Under the pieces are notes generated by a model. That model did not search any database and was not told the origin of the DNA. It was given only the letters and a program-made list of their open reading frames with translations. From an uncultured bacterium (GTDB lineage: Bacteria > Verrucomicrobiota > Kiritimatiellia > RFP12 > UBA1067): 64,000 nt of DNA. The translations under genes and the position numbers were made by a program. Below, piece by piece: positions 53,501-63,900 of the stretch; position 1 is the first letter of the stretch, and each line of letters begins with the position of its first letter. The stretch covers positions 17,599 through 81,598 of the forward strand of contig CADCOC010000017.1 in the NCBI GenBank assembly GCA_902802945.1, read 5' to 3'.

Positions 53501-56500
53501 GCAAGTGCGTCTTCCTCGCCTCGTCTTCGACGGCAGGGAGAATCTACGTGGGTACGGCAAGAAAGAAGGGGTCGGCGAACAGCTATACGGGTAGCGTCGA
53601 CCGCGAACTTGCGCAGGAATGGGGGTTGACCGGCGCCTCCGCCGACACCACCAGCGGCTACCATTCCATCGTCGCCGTCCATTCATCGGGCGGGACGGTC
53701 GCCGTGTATGTTGACGGCGAACTCGCTGGGAGCGTCGATACGACGGAGAACGCCAGCGGATGCGTGTTCGGCAACGGCATCCAGTTCAACCAGGCGCACG
53801 GCTCCGGTACATTCCTGAGCGCCAATGGCTACAGCCAGTCCCTCAACAATCCCGACGTGGCGTTCCAGGACGTGCGCTTCTACAATTTCGCGTTCACGGC
53901 GGAGACTGCCGCCGCCTACGCGGCGCTCTACCCCGCCACGCTTCCTGGGTTCTCGAACCTCGATCAATACGCCTACGTGCAGTCCTACGGCGTGAACGGC
54001 GTCGATACCGGCGTCTATATGACGGATACGGACAAGTTCACCGCCGACTTCGCCTTTACCGACGTCTCCTACAAGTCGTGGCTCTGCGGCGCGGGCTTGA
54101 ACGCCAACAAGCAGACGCACGCCATCTACCTGAACGGCAACAAGCAATTGGCGTGGACGACCCGTGGCGAATGGTGGTGGTCAACATGGCCGTCCGCCAA
54201 CATCGCAGGTTCCACCATCGAGGATACGCGTCTGGTGATGACGGTAGAAAGCTCGCTGACGGCGAACCTCACCTACTACGACACCCGGGAGACGAAGTCT
54301 TCCACGATAACGGGAAAGACCGCGACATCCACCGGTCCGAGCATCATTCCGACGCATCTTTTCCGTGGTAATGGCGTCATCATGGATGGCGATACTCAGG
54401 CGTGTAAGGCTAAAATCTACTCTTTCGAGGTGGTTACCAACTCCTCCGCCATCATCCCGAGGGCGTTCTTCGCGCCGACGACGGACGCAAACGGGGCCGC
54501 CGGCTTCATGAACGTCGTGGCTGGGACATTCCATGGGGAATGCCTGTCCAACCCCTCGTCGGCGCTCACGTTCACCTCCGGGGTTGGTCGCGCCGAGGAC
54601 TACCGCTACCGCAGCGGCAAGTTCTATTCGCGCATCTACGCGAGTTCCGCCGATTCTGAAACGGGCCTCGTGAAATTCGACGGCGGCGAGGCCGCCGGCA
54701 CGAACGCGCAGTACACGGCGCGCGGCAGGACGGCGAAGATCGTCGCGGTTCCTGCGGAATACTACGTGATCGACAGATGGGAGGGCGACACGTGGGCGAT
54801 CGCGGACGGCTACAGCGCGAACGATGCAATCATCGAGGTGAAGAGCGACACAGCGATCAAGCTGACGGCGGTGTTCAAATACATGAGAGTGTCCACGCCC
54901 GCGCTGGGCGAGGGATTCACCGCGTTGTTCAACGGCTCCGCTACTTTTGCGCTTTCATGCGCCACAGAGGGCGCGAGCATCTACTACACGACGAATGGCA
55001 CCACGCCGACCGCGTTCAGCACGCTCTACGAAGGAACGTTCTCCTTCAACCCGGAGAGCATGTTTACGACGCTGAAGGCCATCGCTGTCAAAGACGGCTG
55101 GTATGACAGCGACGTCTTTGAAGTCAGACTCGTCAATCTGGCCGTCGCGCCGAAGTCCGCATACGCGCAGGCTGGAAGCGCAAACTTGCTCCTCCACCTC
55201 GACGCCATCGAGAACGCGGGCGCGGGAACGCATGCCGATTCCACTGCGGCATGGGCGGACCTGGCCGGTAGCCACACGGTGACGGAGACTGGCTCTGCGG
55301 GATTTCAGGCCGACGCCTGGACTGCGGACGGAAGCAGCCGCTTCAACACCTCGTCCGACACCGTGCTGAACGCGCTTTCAAACAAGACGTTCACGCTGGA
55401 GCTTGTCATCTCCCATCCGTCAACGCAGAACCAGTACGAGAACTGGGTTTTCATCGGGCAAAACAACGATCACCGTCAGCTCTCGGTGGACATGCGCTCG
55501 AACAACAGCCAGAATCCTCTTGTTCAAGGCGTCCAGTACCGCGAAAACAGTTGGAACAGCCGAAGCACAGTGCCAAACAAAAACGGTACGGCGACAAAGT
55601 GGAATACGCGCCAGTACATCGCCGTTGTGTGCGACGCAAATGGAGCCACGACGTACTATGACGGAATGAACGTCCTGCACACGAATGTGGGTGGAGGCGT
55701 GGACCCCACTACCACGGAGGTTTCCATCGGCGCGACCTTCAACGGCGGCAATATGCTCTACAACGGCTCGGAAATTTGCGCGGTGCGCATGACGAGCCGA
55801 GCCCTCACCGAGGACGAGCGGCTGCGCAACTTCTTCGTTGACAGCCAGCGTTTCGGACTGGAAGGCGCGCCGGCTGGCTATTGCATCGCCAACGGCAACG
55901 TCAAGGTGCGCATTACGGAAGGCGCCGAGGGTTTTGAGTTCTCGACCGACGGCGGCGCGACGTGGGCTGCGAGCGAAGTGTGGGTGGACATCAACACGGA
56001 GGTCACGCTTTCCGCACGGGTCGCGGCGAGCACGGACATGCACGTCAACTTCAAGAACCTGCCTGAGGACGCGACCACGTCCGGCAACAGCGCGACATTC
56101 ACGCCGACGAAACCTTGCACAATCACCGTCTCGGCTCCGCGCTGGACAAACAACGACGGCACGGGATCGTTTGAGAATTCGGACAACTGGATCGGCAGAG
56201 TCTTGCCGACCGCAGACGACGACTTCACCGTCAACATTTCCGGCGACACGGTGATAACCGTAAATGAGGACTACTCCTTGGGCAGCATGACCGTGAAGGG
56301 CACGGGCAATGTGACGTTCACGGGAACAGGCAGCATCAGCGCGACGATGCTCAACGTCGCTTCCGGCCTGACGGTCGATACGTGCGGGAAACTGACCGTG
56401 AACGGATTCACCGGCGCGGGGAACGTCGTTCTCACGCCCGCCTCCGACACTCTCGCGATTTCGTCCGCATCGACGCTGACCGGCGACCTGACGATCAAGA

Positions 56501-57522
56501 CCGATAGTTCGGTGGCGTTCAACGTGAACGCCGCGACGAGCGTGAGCAACTTCTTTGTGCGCGCCGCGACGAACGCGGTCGTCACCATGACGGTCTCCGG
56601 CGGATCGTTCATCTCTGCGGAGGCGATCGTCAAGAGCGGCGTCCTTAAGCAGGGCAGTGCAAACGCGCTCGGCACGACGCCAAAGGTGACGGTCGAGGAC
56701 GGTGGCACGTTCGACATCAACGGAAAGACCATCCGGCAGGAGACGCCGATCTACATCGCGGGCGCGGGCGCGGGCGACTGGCCGTGGGCGCTCGCCACGA
56801 CCTCTGCCGCGATGGCAAGTGGCAACTACCTCTACAATCTGTATCTCAACGCCGATGCAACCATCGGAGCCGGGCAGTTCAAATTCGGGCAAGACAACAC
56901 TGCGTCGAAGATCAAGCTCAACGGCCATACGCTTACGGCGAAATCGTGGATGACCTTCCGGAATATCAACACTGACTCGGGAACAATCGACCTTCAGCCG
57001 GGAAACGGTACCGGAATCTCCTTGAATCAATACAACAACCTGAACACCGGAAGCGGCTATCGTGACACGACGCTCATTCTCCGTAGCGATACGGAACTCA
57101 GGGTTCAGAACAGGGGCACGTACAATTTTGCCGTCGTCGATACGCTCAAGTGGTATGGCGGCACGCTCATCACAGATCCAAACAACACCGATCGCGGTTT
57201 CGGCGTGAGGGTGGTTCTTGAAGGATACGGCACGACGAAATACCTCAAGTTCCTCGACGGCGCACGGTTCAAGCCCGAAGGTACGCATTATCTCACCGTA
57301 ACAGAAAAGCTTTCGGGCACGATGATCATCGACCTGGGCGACATTGACTTGACCACGGTAAAGCGCATCCCGCTCTTCAAAGTCGGAACAGCCGACATGT
57401 TGCCAGCGCCGGAGGCGTTGCAGTTCGTCGGCGGAATCCCCAAGGGATGGGAGCTTAGGACGTTGAAGGAAGGCTACGGCTACGCCCTCGTGCGCCAGCA
57501 ATTCATGGTCATCGTCAAGTAA
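50581..57522 (+). CDS. Giant (2313 aa) secreted protein: Spi-inhibitor-like propeptide + peptidase C10 (streptopain-like) + CarboxypepD_reg-like + Fn3_assoc-like x2 + LamG-like x3 + lectin-like module + InlB-B-repeat-like + PATR-like repeats
   Basis: AAAGGAGG ribosome-binding site. Signal FSMFAATMGAALSAFGAG. C10 catalytic Cys context YPCGCVATAFAQTMRYF and His context AGHSILTDGYGYY. Fn3_assoc-like SIYYTLDGSTPT and SIYYTTNGTTPT. LamG-like openers YYFRHDFSNG and IYLRYDFSDG. The protein ends QQFMVIVK. Confidence 0.9.
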   Translation: MKRGTKLFSMFAATMGAALSAFGAGVTGDDAKGAVTGWVRLREALGEEIDAEPESVATYQGQDGRGEFHVVNLKGGGYVITSGDTEITPILGYSKTGTFDADENSPMWALLTADVAARAAAVEASASSGAGLRLGATPRPTDEDASSAWSRLMAAGKSGGKRLQAKQSSPPTDLRVESFVRSKWSQSTATSGNGYGHNYYNYYVPNKYPCGCVATAFAQTMRYFEFPKTSVTPKTFTCKVSNVDTNLTMQGGTYDWAHMPYVPREVTYDWNNVIGIAKLTSDAGISVCMSYKSGGSSSSSVRVGDSLVSTFGYANAVADYESGGVRGNTFKKNVIPSLDAKLPVILGIQGRPTGSVTADAGHSILTDGYGYYNNQLYIHLNMGWSGSDDAWYTPADADTDAIINASNYNFTNIHTTVFNIFTNATQYSVIASGRVLDQSGEAISGATVTAKYNNTTYATATSDARGVYALILPPTSANSSYRTYTVNATCSGYTSTGARSVSASRTVGEELIKDGNNYTGSFYLTAFNSNSYDNDITMESDNLPQAATPTSATAAEFGMSASVTLTCSTAGASIYYTLDGSTPTVTSTLYTGPITLTKTTTVKALAAKSGYSRSDVFTRTFVSAAAIDEYYFRHDFSNGTRVFTAGEGSGLTRDQTSSTDSSAKAVEGPDGPGTAHHPGNVWGQFEDPTVLHGAWSAAMSLCMDATETGILVSFGRLNKADQKEVALLSSSTKSNFYFKVMTTDSNKAKSVENTFTVVTTNDLTVGFHSFVVAYKPASEVLNGAGSFDIYCDGVLVLSVSTDTPKLLGADVGGMQYCSFMSGGSDLTALGAVSSQANDAVAFYDFRFYDRAFTASEAAKYAAAYPRTVPGLEDIYLRYDFSDGTRQFIGSANQASDPITADAGAANFVAAYGQDGSNAAVHVKSNAYGTDKIGGSSAAGKAVLAGDWTLAMSVRPGSVEKGLLFSLGRANDNNSKCVFLASSSTAGRIYVGTARKKGSANSYTGSVDRELAQEWGLTGASADTTSGYHSIVAVHSSGGTVAVYVDGELAGSVDTTENASGCVFGNGIQFNQAHGSGTFLSANGYSQSLNNPDVAFQDVRFYNFAFTAETAAAYAALYPATLPGFSNLDQYAYVQSYGVNGVDTGVYMTDTDKFTADFAFTDVSYKSWLCGAGLNANKQTHAIYLNGNKQLAWTTRGEWWWSTWPSANIAGSTIEDTRLVMTVESSLTANLTYYDTRETKSSTITGKTATSTGPSIIPTHLFRGNGVIMDGDTQACKAKIYSFEVVTNSSAIIPRAFFAPTTDANGAAGFMNVVAGTFHGECLSNPSSALTFTSGVGRAEDYRYRSGKFYSRIYASSADSETGLVKFDGGEAAGTNAQYTARGRTAKIVAVPAEYYVIDRWEGDTWAIADGYSANDAIIEVKSDTAIKLTAVFKYMRVSTPALGEGFTALFNGSATFALSCATEGASIYYTTNGTTPTAFSTLYEGTFSFNPESMFTTLKAIAVKDGWYDSDVFEVRLVNLAVAPKSAYAQAGSANLLLHLDAIENAGAGTHADSTAAWADLAGSHTVTETGSAGFQADAWTADGSSRFNTSSDTVLNALSNKTFTLELVISHPSTQNQYENWVFIGQNNDHRQLSVDMRSNNSQNPLVQGVQYRENSWNSRSTVPNKNGTATKWNTRQYIAVVCDANGATTYYDGMNVLHTNVGGGVDPTTTEVSIGATFNGGNMLYNGSEICAVRMTSRALTEDERLRNFFVDSQRFGLEGAPAGYCIANGNVKVRITEGAEGFEFSTDGGATWAASEVWVDINTEVTLSARVAASTDMHVNFKNLPEDATTSGNSATFTPTKPCTITVSAPRWTNNDGTGSFENSDNWIGRVLPTADDDFTVNISGDTVITVNEDYSLGSMTVKGTGNVTFTGTGSISATMLNVASGLTVDTCGKLTVNGFTGAGNVVLTPASDTLAISSASTLTGDLTIKTDSSVAFNVNAATSVSNFFVRAATNAVVTMTVSGGSFISAEAIVKSGVLKQGSANALGTTPKVTVEDGGTFDINGKTIRQETPIYIAGAGAGDWPWALATTSAAMASGNYLYNLYLNADATIGAGQFKFGQDNTASKIKLNGHTLTAKSWMTFRNINTDSGTIDLQPGNGTGISLNQYNNLNTGSGYRDTTLILRSDTELRVQNRGTYNFAVVDTLKWYGGTLITDPNNTDRGFGVRVVLEGYGTTKYLKFLDGARFKPEGTHYLTVTEKLSGTMIIDLGDIDLTTVKRIPLFKVGTADMLPAPEALQFVGGIPKGWELRTLKEGYGYALVRQQFMVIVK

Positions 57523-57542
57523 CGTGTCATTGTGGTTGTGAA

Positions 57543-60500
57543 ATGATGGAAATAAACAGACGCAGATTCATTCAAGGTGCCGGGGCGTTACTTGGATGTG
57601 GCGCGCTCCGCGGCGGCGGACGCGCGTTCGCCGCACCGTCGGGTCTGTTTTCGCAGGGGACGCCCAACCTAACGTTCGGCATCCTCACCGACATCCACCT
57701 GAAACAGAGCGGCGAGTCGTTCAACGGACAGGCGATGTTCCGCAAGGCGCTCGAATGGTTCCGCGACCAGGGAGTAGACGCGGTGGCGGTGTGCGGCGAC
57801 ATGGCGGACGGCGGACTTCTGGCGGAACTTCAGGCCGTGGCGCAGACGTGGTCTGCCGTGTTCCCGAACGATACGGCGCCCGACGGCCGCCACGTGGAGC
57901 GGCTTTTCATCTACGGCAACCACGACTACGGCGGCACCAGCGCCGGTTCCATCCGGGGGCTTGGCCTTGCTGAGGCGTGGCAGCAGACGTTCGGCGAGAC
58001 GTACTCGCCCGTCTGGCGCAAGGAGGTGTGCGGCTACACGTTCGTCGGGGCGCACTGGACGACAGGTGGGGCCAAGGGCTACGACGAGGTCGGCATCCCG
58101 GAGGGCGCGACGTGGATCACGCAGAACGGCGCGACGCTCGATCCCTCCAAGCCGTTCTTCTACCTCCAGCACGCGCCGCCGAAGGACACGTGTCTCGGGC
58201 CGTGGCACTGGGGACGCGATGACGGACGCATCACGACGGCGCTTTCGTCCTTCCCCAACGCCATCGCGATCACGGGGCACTCCCATGCGTCGATCAGCGA
58301 CGACCGCTCCATCTGGCAGGGCGCGTTCACCGCGATCAACGCGGGGTCGCTCAAGTACACCGGCCTCGAATACGGCGACCTCCTTCCGGCCGTGCGCGAG
58401 AACGACGGGACCATCGCGAACAACTCCGGCCGCATCATGTCGAAGATCGCGCGGGATGACGGACACCAAGGTCTGATCGCCCGCGTCTATGACGACCGCA
58501 TCGTGTTCGAGCGGCGCGACTTCGAGGATCTCGGCCTGCTCGGGCCCGACTGGGTGATGCCGCTTCCGATGACGGAACCCGTCCCGCTGGCCTTCGCCCC
58601 GCGCGCGGAGGCGAGCGTCCCGCCGGAGTTCCCGTCGGGCGCGGCGCTTTCGGCGCGCGTGGGGGACGTCCTTGAAGTCGAGATCCCCGCCGCGAACCGA
58701 GAGGGCTGTCCGCGCGTGTTCGACTACAAACTGGAGATCGAGGGGTCGGAAGGCGGCAGCGACGAGCGGTTTGTCTTCGCCGAGGGATTCCACCGCTCGT
58801 CCGGAAGCGTGCGCGCGAACGCGTCCATGACATGCCAGGTTTCGGCGGCAACGCTCACGGCGACGGGCGAGTTGAACGTCAAGGTGTTTCCGCGCAACAG
58901 CTTCGGCAAGGCGGGCGCGTCGCTTTCGGCGACGGCGGTTCCGTCCGCCACGGTGCAGTCGGGACTGCCCGACGCGTTCGTCGAGTGGGTGGAATCGAAC
59001 GGCACGCAGTACATCGACACCGGCATCAAGGGCCGCTGCAACACGCGCGCGGACATGAAGATACAATGGAGGCTCCTCAATGTCGACGCCTCTTTTCTCA
59101 GCTCGCGCATCGATGGCGGCGACACGCGCTTCATCCTCTGCTCCAACAGCCGGAAGAACAAGTACTACGTGTGCCACAAGACGTGGAACGAAAGCGTCAA
59201 CGCAGGCACGTCGTCGTACAATACGGCTGGCCCCGACCGCGTGGAGAGCAGCATCACGCACGACGGCACGGACGTGACCTTCACCTTGCGCGTGAACGGC
59301 AACCTGGAGGTGAACCGGACGGAGACGACATCCGCAATCGACACGAACCTCAATATGTTCCTCTTCGCCCAAAACAAAGGTGGCGCGGCAGATCTCAAAT
59401 CCTCCGTCCGCTGCTACGGCGTGAAGATCTGGCAGGACGGAGAGCTCGTTCGCGACTTCAGACCGTGCGTGAAGAACGGCTGCGCGGGGCTGTACGATGC
59501 CGTCTCGGACGCGGTGTTCTATCCGTCTGCCGGAACGCTCGCGGCGGGGCCGGTTACCCGGCTCCACGGCAAGCCCGACCATTTCATCCAGTACGTCGAG
59601 GCGACGGGGTCTCAGTACATCGACACGGGCGTCATCGGCCGGTGCAACTCGGCGATGGAGGCGCACGTCCTGTGGAATTACGTGGGCGATGGCATATTCC
59701 TCGCTTCCCGCATCGACAGCGGGAATACCCGCTTCATACTCTACGGCGCCGCCGGACGGCACTACATGGCGCACCGAACGTACACGCAGTCCACCGACAG
59801 CACCAGGAAGGGCAGCGTCTCCGGGTCTCCTTTGGTGGAATGGAACCTTGAAGTGCCCGACTACATCTCAAGCAACATCTCGTCGAACGGCACGAGCGTC
59901 TCGTATTGGATGAAGGTCAACGGCACGACGCGCATCAACCAGACGCGTACGGAGGAGGGCATCGACACGGGGCTCAACATGTACCTCTTCGCGCAGAACA
60001 TGGGTGGTTCGTCGACGTATTACTCTCCAGTCCGCTGCTTCGACTTGAAGATCACTCAGGACGGCGCGCTCGTGCGCGATTTCCGTCCGTGCCTCAAGAA
60101 CGGACGGGCGGGACTGTACGACGAAGTGAGCGGGTGGATATTCTTCCCGCAGGGCGGCGAGCTTGTCTATCCGAACGAGACGCCGGATCGGTTCGTGAAA
60201 TGGGCGAACGCTCCCGGTGCGAACTACGTGCCCGTGGCCGTGCGCGCCAAGAGCGGCGTCAGGGCGGAGATGAAGTTCCGTCCGGAAGGGACTGCCCTGG
60301 ACCAGTATTTCCTTGCCGCACGAAATTCCTCGACTACTGACACGCGCTTTCTCCTCAACTACCTCTACAGGAAGAGCGCATCGAACAACTGCATTGCGAT
60401 CGGCTACAAGAACAAGTGGTGTGGCCGCAACTGGCAGCTTTGGTCGCCGGGCAAGGACTATACGCTTTCTTCCGAAATCGCGTCCGACGGCACGCTCGAC

Positions 60501-60836
60501 GGGCGCTTGGTCGGAGACACAGAGGCAATGCAGACGCAGGCTGGCGCCGGCGGGGCGCTTGGCGCGTTCGACACGGGCCTCGGTCTCTACATGTTCGCGG
60601 CCAACATGGGCGGGAACGCGCAGGACTACTACACGGGCCGGTTCTACTACACGACGATAGACGTGTACGACGAGACGGCAGGTGAATACCGTCCTGCGCG
60701 CGACTTCAAGCCGTGCGTGAAGGACGGCAACGTGATGTTCTACGACGCTGTGTCGAAGACGATGTTCAAGCCGTTTCCTGCGATTCCCGCCGAAGGAAAT
60801 GTCAACAAGGACGGCTTGACCATTGTGGTGAAGTGA
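57543..60836 (+). CDS. Tat-exported metallophosphoesterase fused to three copies of the ~190-aa lectin-like module
   Basis: INRRRFIQGAGALLGCGA (twin-arginine). Metallophosphoesterase motifs are LTDIHL, VCGDMADGG, YGNHDY and TGHSHAS. The three modules open FVEWVESNGTQYIDTG, FIQYVEATGSQYIDTG and FVKWANAPGANYVPV. Each closes with RDF[RK]PC[VL]K[ND]G.(AG)[LM][YF]YD.VS. The protein ends DGLTIVVK. Confidence 0.9.
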   Translation: MMEINRRRFIQGAGALLGCGALRGGGRAFAAPSGLFSQGTPNLTFGILTDIHLKQSGESFNGQAMFRKALEWFRDQGVDAVAVCGDMADGGLLAELQAVAQTWSAVFPNDTAPDGRHVERLFIYGNHDYGGTSAGSIRGLGLAEAWQQTFGETYSPVWRKEVCGYTFVGAHWTTGGAKGYDEVGIPEGATWITQNGATLDPSKPFFYLQHAPPKDTCLGPWHWGRDDGRITTALSSFPNAIAITGHSHASISDDRSIWQGAFTAINAGSLKYTGLEYGDLLPAVRENDGTIANNSGRIMSKIARDDGHQGLIARVYDDRIVFERRDFEDLGLLGPDWVMPLPMTEPVPLAFAPRAEASVPPEFPSGAALSARVGDVLEVEIPAANREGCPRVFDYKLEIEGSEGGSDERFVFAEGFHRSSGSVRANASMTCQVSAATLTATGELNVKVFPRNSFGKAGASLSATAVPSATVQSGLPDAFVEWVESNGTQYIDTGIKGRCNTRADMKIQWRLLNVDASFLSSRIDGGDTRFILCSNSRKNKYYVCHKTWNESVNAGTSSYNTAGPDRVESSITHDGTDVTFTLRVNGNLEVNRTETTSAIDTNLNMFLFAQNKGGAADLKSSVRCYGVKIWQDGELVRDFRPCVKNGCAGLYDAVSDAVFYPSAGTLAAGPVTRLHGKPDHFIQYVEATGSQYIDTGVIGRCNSAMEAHVLWNYVGDGIFLASRIDSGNTRFILYGAAGRHYMAHRTYTQSTDSTRKGSVSGSPLVEWNLEVPDYISSNISSNGTSVSYWMKVNGTTRINQTRTEEGIDTGLNMYLFAQNMGGSSTYYSPVRCFDLKITQDGALVRDFRPCLKNGRAGLYDEVSGWIFFPQGGELVYPNETPDRFVKWANAPGANYVPVAVRAKSGVRAEMKFRPEGTALDQYFLAARNSSTTDTRFLLNYLYRKSASNNCIAIGYKNKWCGRNWQLWSPGKDYTLSSEIASDGTLDGRLVGDTEAMQTQAGAGGALGAFDTGLGLYMFAANMGGNAQDYYTGRFYYTTIDVYDETAGEYRPARDFKPCVKDGNVMFYDAVSKTMFKPFPAIPAEGNVNKDGLTIVVK

Positions 60837-60849
60837 ATTCGCTGGACCG

Positions 60850-60917
60850 CAATTACCCACAATTACCCACGAAGATTTTCAATTACCCTTGGCGAAAGTG
60901 AGAACCTTTGGTATAAT
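60850..60917 (+). promoter_or_regulatory. Sigma70-type promoter (TTGGCG-17 nt-TGgTATAAT) preceded and overlapped by three CAATTACCC(a/t) direct repeats
   Basis: caattaccca at 60850 and 60860, caattaccct at 60880. -35 TTGGCG at 60889-60894. TATAAT at 60912-60917 with an upstream TG. Confidence 0.55.
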
Positions 60918-60946
60918 TTCGTCAAACAATGCAAGGGAGAAATAAA

Positions 60947-63900
60947 ATGAATGAAGTTGTAAAGATGAGGGAGAAGGGTGCAACGACCTGCTGTCGTGCG
61001 CTTGCTGTCACGGCCGTGCTGTTCTGTTCGGCGGTGTCGGCGTTCGCCGACACGTACGCCTACAAGGTACAGTACCTGCAGTCGTCCGGCGTGCAGCACA
61101 TCGACACGGGCGTCGTGCCAGACCGGAACACGATGTTCAGGGGTTCCTACGAATACCTCGGCACCGCCGGCGCCAAGGCGAACTACGACATGATCGCGGC
61201 CTGCGCTCAACCAAGGTACTATCCCGTTTCGTTGAATAACGCCTCCGATACGCATGCCCGCCACGAACGGTACGTCTCGAACAGCGACACGCCCAACCAG
61301 ACGCATCCCTACCTCACGCGCCACACGATCGTGTTCAACGACGCGCTGCACCGCGTGTTCGTGGACAACAAGTACATCAACACGTTGACGTCCGCCTTTA
61401 CTGGTGCCTCGCACACATGCTACCTCTTTGCCTCCAACAACAACAATAACAATGCGGCGTTCCATTCCAAGGCCCGTATCTACTGGTGCGAATTCACCGA
61501 CACCGCCACCGGTACCGTCCTGCGCCGGTTCATTCCCGTGGTCGATGAGAACGGCAAGCCCGCCATGTTCGACGAGGTCAACGAAAGGCTCTACTACAAC
61601 CTCGGCACGGGCGCAGACTTCACAGCCGGCCCGCGCAAGGACGATCCGTGGTATTTCGTGGACTACATCGAATCCACCGGCACGCAGTGGATCGACACCG
61701 AAGTTCGCGCGCTTGCCGAAACACGCACGGACGTCGGGTACAAATACGCCAACGTCACGCAGAACAGTCTTGCGATGATTGGCGGCATCCAGAGCCCGAA
61801 GCGCTACTATCCAATTTCACTGCAGGGCACGAGCGCAAAGGCCGAGCGTTATGACCGAGGAAACGATCCCGGTAGCGAATTTAAGTTCACCCATCCGGCG
61901 GTGACGGATCACGAGGTCATCTTCAACGACAGCAAGCGCACTGTGAACGTGGATGGCGTGGAGATCGCCACGTTCACTTCATTCTTTGAGGACAGCGTTA
62001 AATCGATGTACATGTTCGCGGCGCACAACGTGGGCGCAAACAAGGCCGACTGGCTTGCGAAGGCGCGGATCTACCACTACGACACCTACCACACAAACGG
62101 CACGCTGTGCGCGGCGTTCCGTCCTGCCGTCAACGCGTCCGGCAAGGGCTGCATGTACAACGGCTATACGGGCAAGATCCACGAGAACGGCGGCACGGGC
62201 GACTTCGCGCTCGGACGCATCGTCTCGCCGAAGGTCGTACTTGACCTCTCGGCGCGCAGCGACCTCGCCGAAGGCCTGAAGGTGATGAGCTTCACCGTGC
62301 GTCCCTCGTGGGGGACGGTGTTCGAGCTGGACGCGGCGACCGCAGCCACGTATGACACGGAAGTGTGCTCCGACGGCGTGTACCTCGCGGCGAAGGGTGC
62401 GGCGGCTGCGGGCGTCATCACCGTCACGGGCGACACGGCGGCGAACTTCGCCGTCGGAGCGATGCCGACGTGCTCCTCGATCGTCCTCTCCGGCACCGTG
62501 CGCCTCACGGCGAACTGCGACTGGCGCGGACTCGGCAGGATCGTGATCCCAGACGGCGTGACGATCGACCTCAACGGACACAACCTCTACACGGTTGGAT
62601 TCATGACGCTTCCCGAAACGTTCGCGACGATCACCGACACCTCGGCGGCGGGCTCCGGCGGCGAACTGCACGTGGAGGTCGCGGCGAACGAACTCTTCAC
62701 GAACGCGAGCGTCCCGCTCATGGGCTCGCTCCGGCTCGTCAAGGACGGCGCTGGGCTCTACCTCGCGGAGCTCGGCGGACACCAGTACGCCGGCGGAACG
62801 GAGATCGTCGGTGGCACATTGCGCATGAAGGACACGATGAAGACGTTGGGTGCCTTCAACAACCAGGTCCCGGCGAAGTCGGAAGTCCTCATTGGCGCGA
62901 ACGGAACGTTCGACGCGAACGGCAACAACTGGGGCTATCACATCTATACGCTCGACGGCGGCATTCTCACGAGCTCGCGCCGCACGGCGTCGAACTCAGG
63001 TACAGTGAAGAGTCCCTTCACGCTTACGGCCGACTCGGTGGTGAGCAACAAGAACTTCGGCCTCGTCTGCGAAGGATGGAATGAAGTCAAGGTACGCCTG
63101 GACGGACACAAGCTGCGTTACGAGGGTCTCGCCGGAACCGACAATGCGTTCTTCATTGCCCATACGACGTTTGAAGACGAGGGGACTCTCGTAATGGGAA
63201 GTGGATGGATTTGCACCACGAACAAAACGTACTCAAACATCGGGAGTAACCTGACGTTTGAGCAGCCGAGTTCCCACTCGGGAGGTGTCTGGCTTGAGGC
63301 GCCGTTCATTGTGTCGAACTTCGTACTGCGCGGAGCTGCTTCCTGCAAGGGTGACGCACAGCTTACCGTGCTGAATAGATTCGCGCCGTTGGAAAACAGC
63401 ACGAATAACTTCCCCAACACACTGCTTGCCAACGGATCGACCATAGACCTTTCTGGGTGTACAGGAAAGGCGTTCAACATTGTCTCAAAAAACAACAGGC
63501 GCGTGACGTTCCCCGACGGCGGCACGGTGACGCTCGACCTCTCGCAGCGGAACGACCTTGCGGACGGGCTTCTCGTCGTCGCCTGGGACGCGATTCCTTC
63601 GACAACCACCTTCGCGCTCGACGACGTCACGTCGGTGGATTGGCGCGCAGTCGCAGGCGCGGAGGGCGTGACGCTTGTCGCGAAGGGACCGCGCGATATC
63701 GAGTTCGCCGAATGGACGGGTGCGGCGGGGAACGGCCTCGCGACTGATCCCGGCAACTGGATGTGCTACGACTTCGACGGCCTTGAAGTGGAAGGAGCGG
63801 TGCCTAACGCGACCACCACGATCCGCGTGACGGGAACGACGACGCTGCCGTATCCGACGGGCGTTTCTTGGGGTCGCCTCCTGCTGGTGGGTAACGTCAC

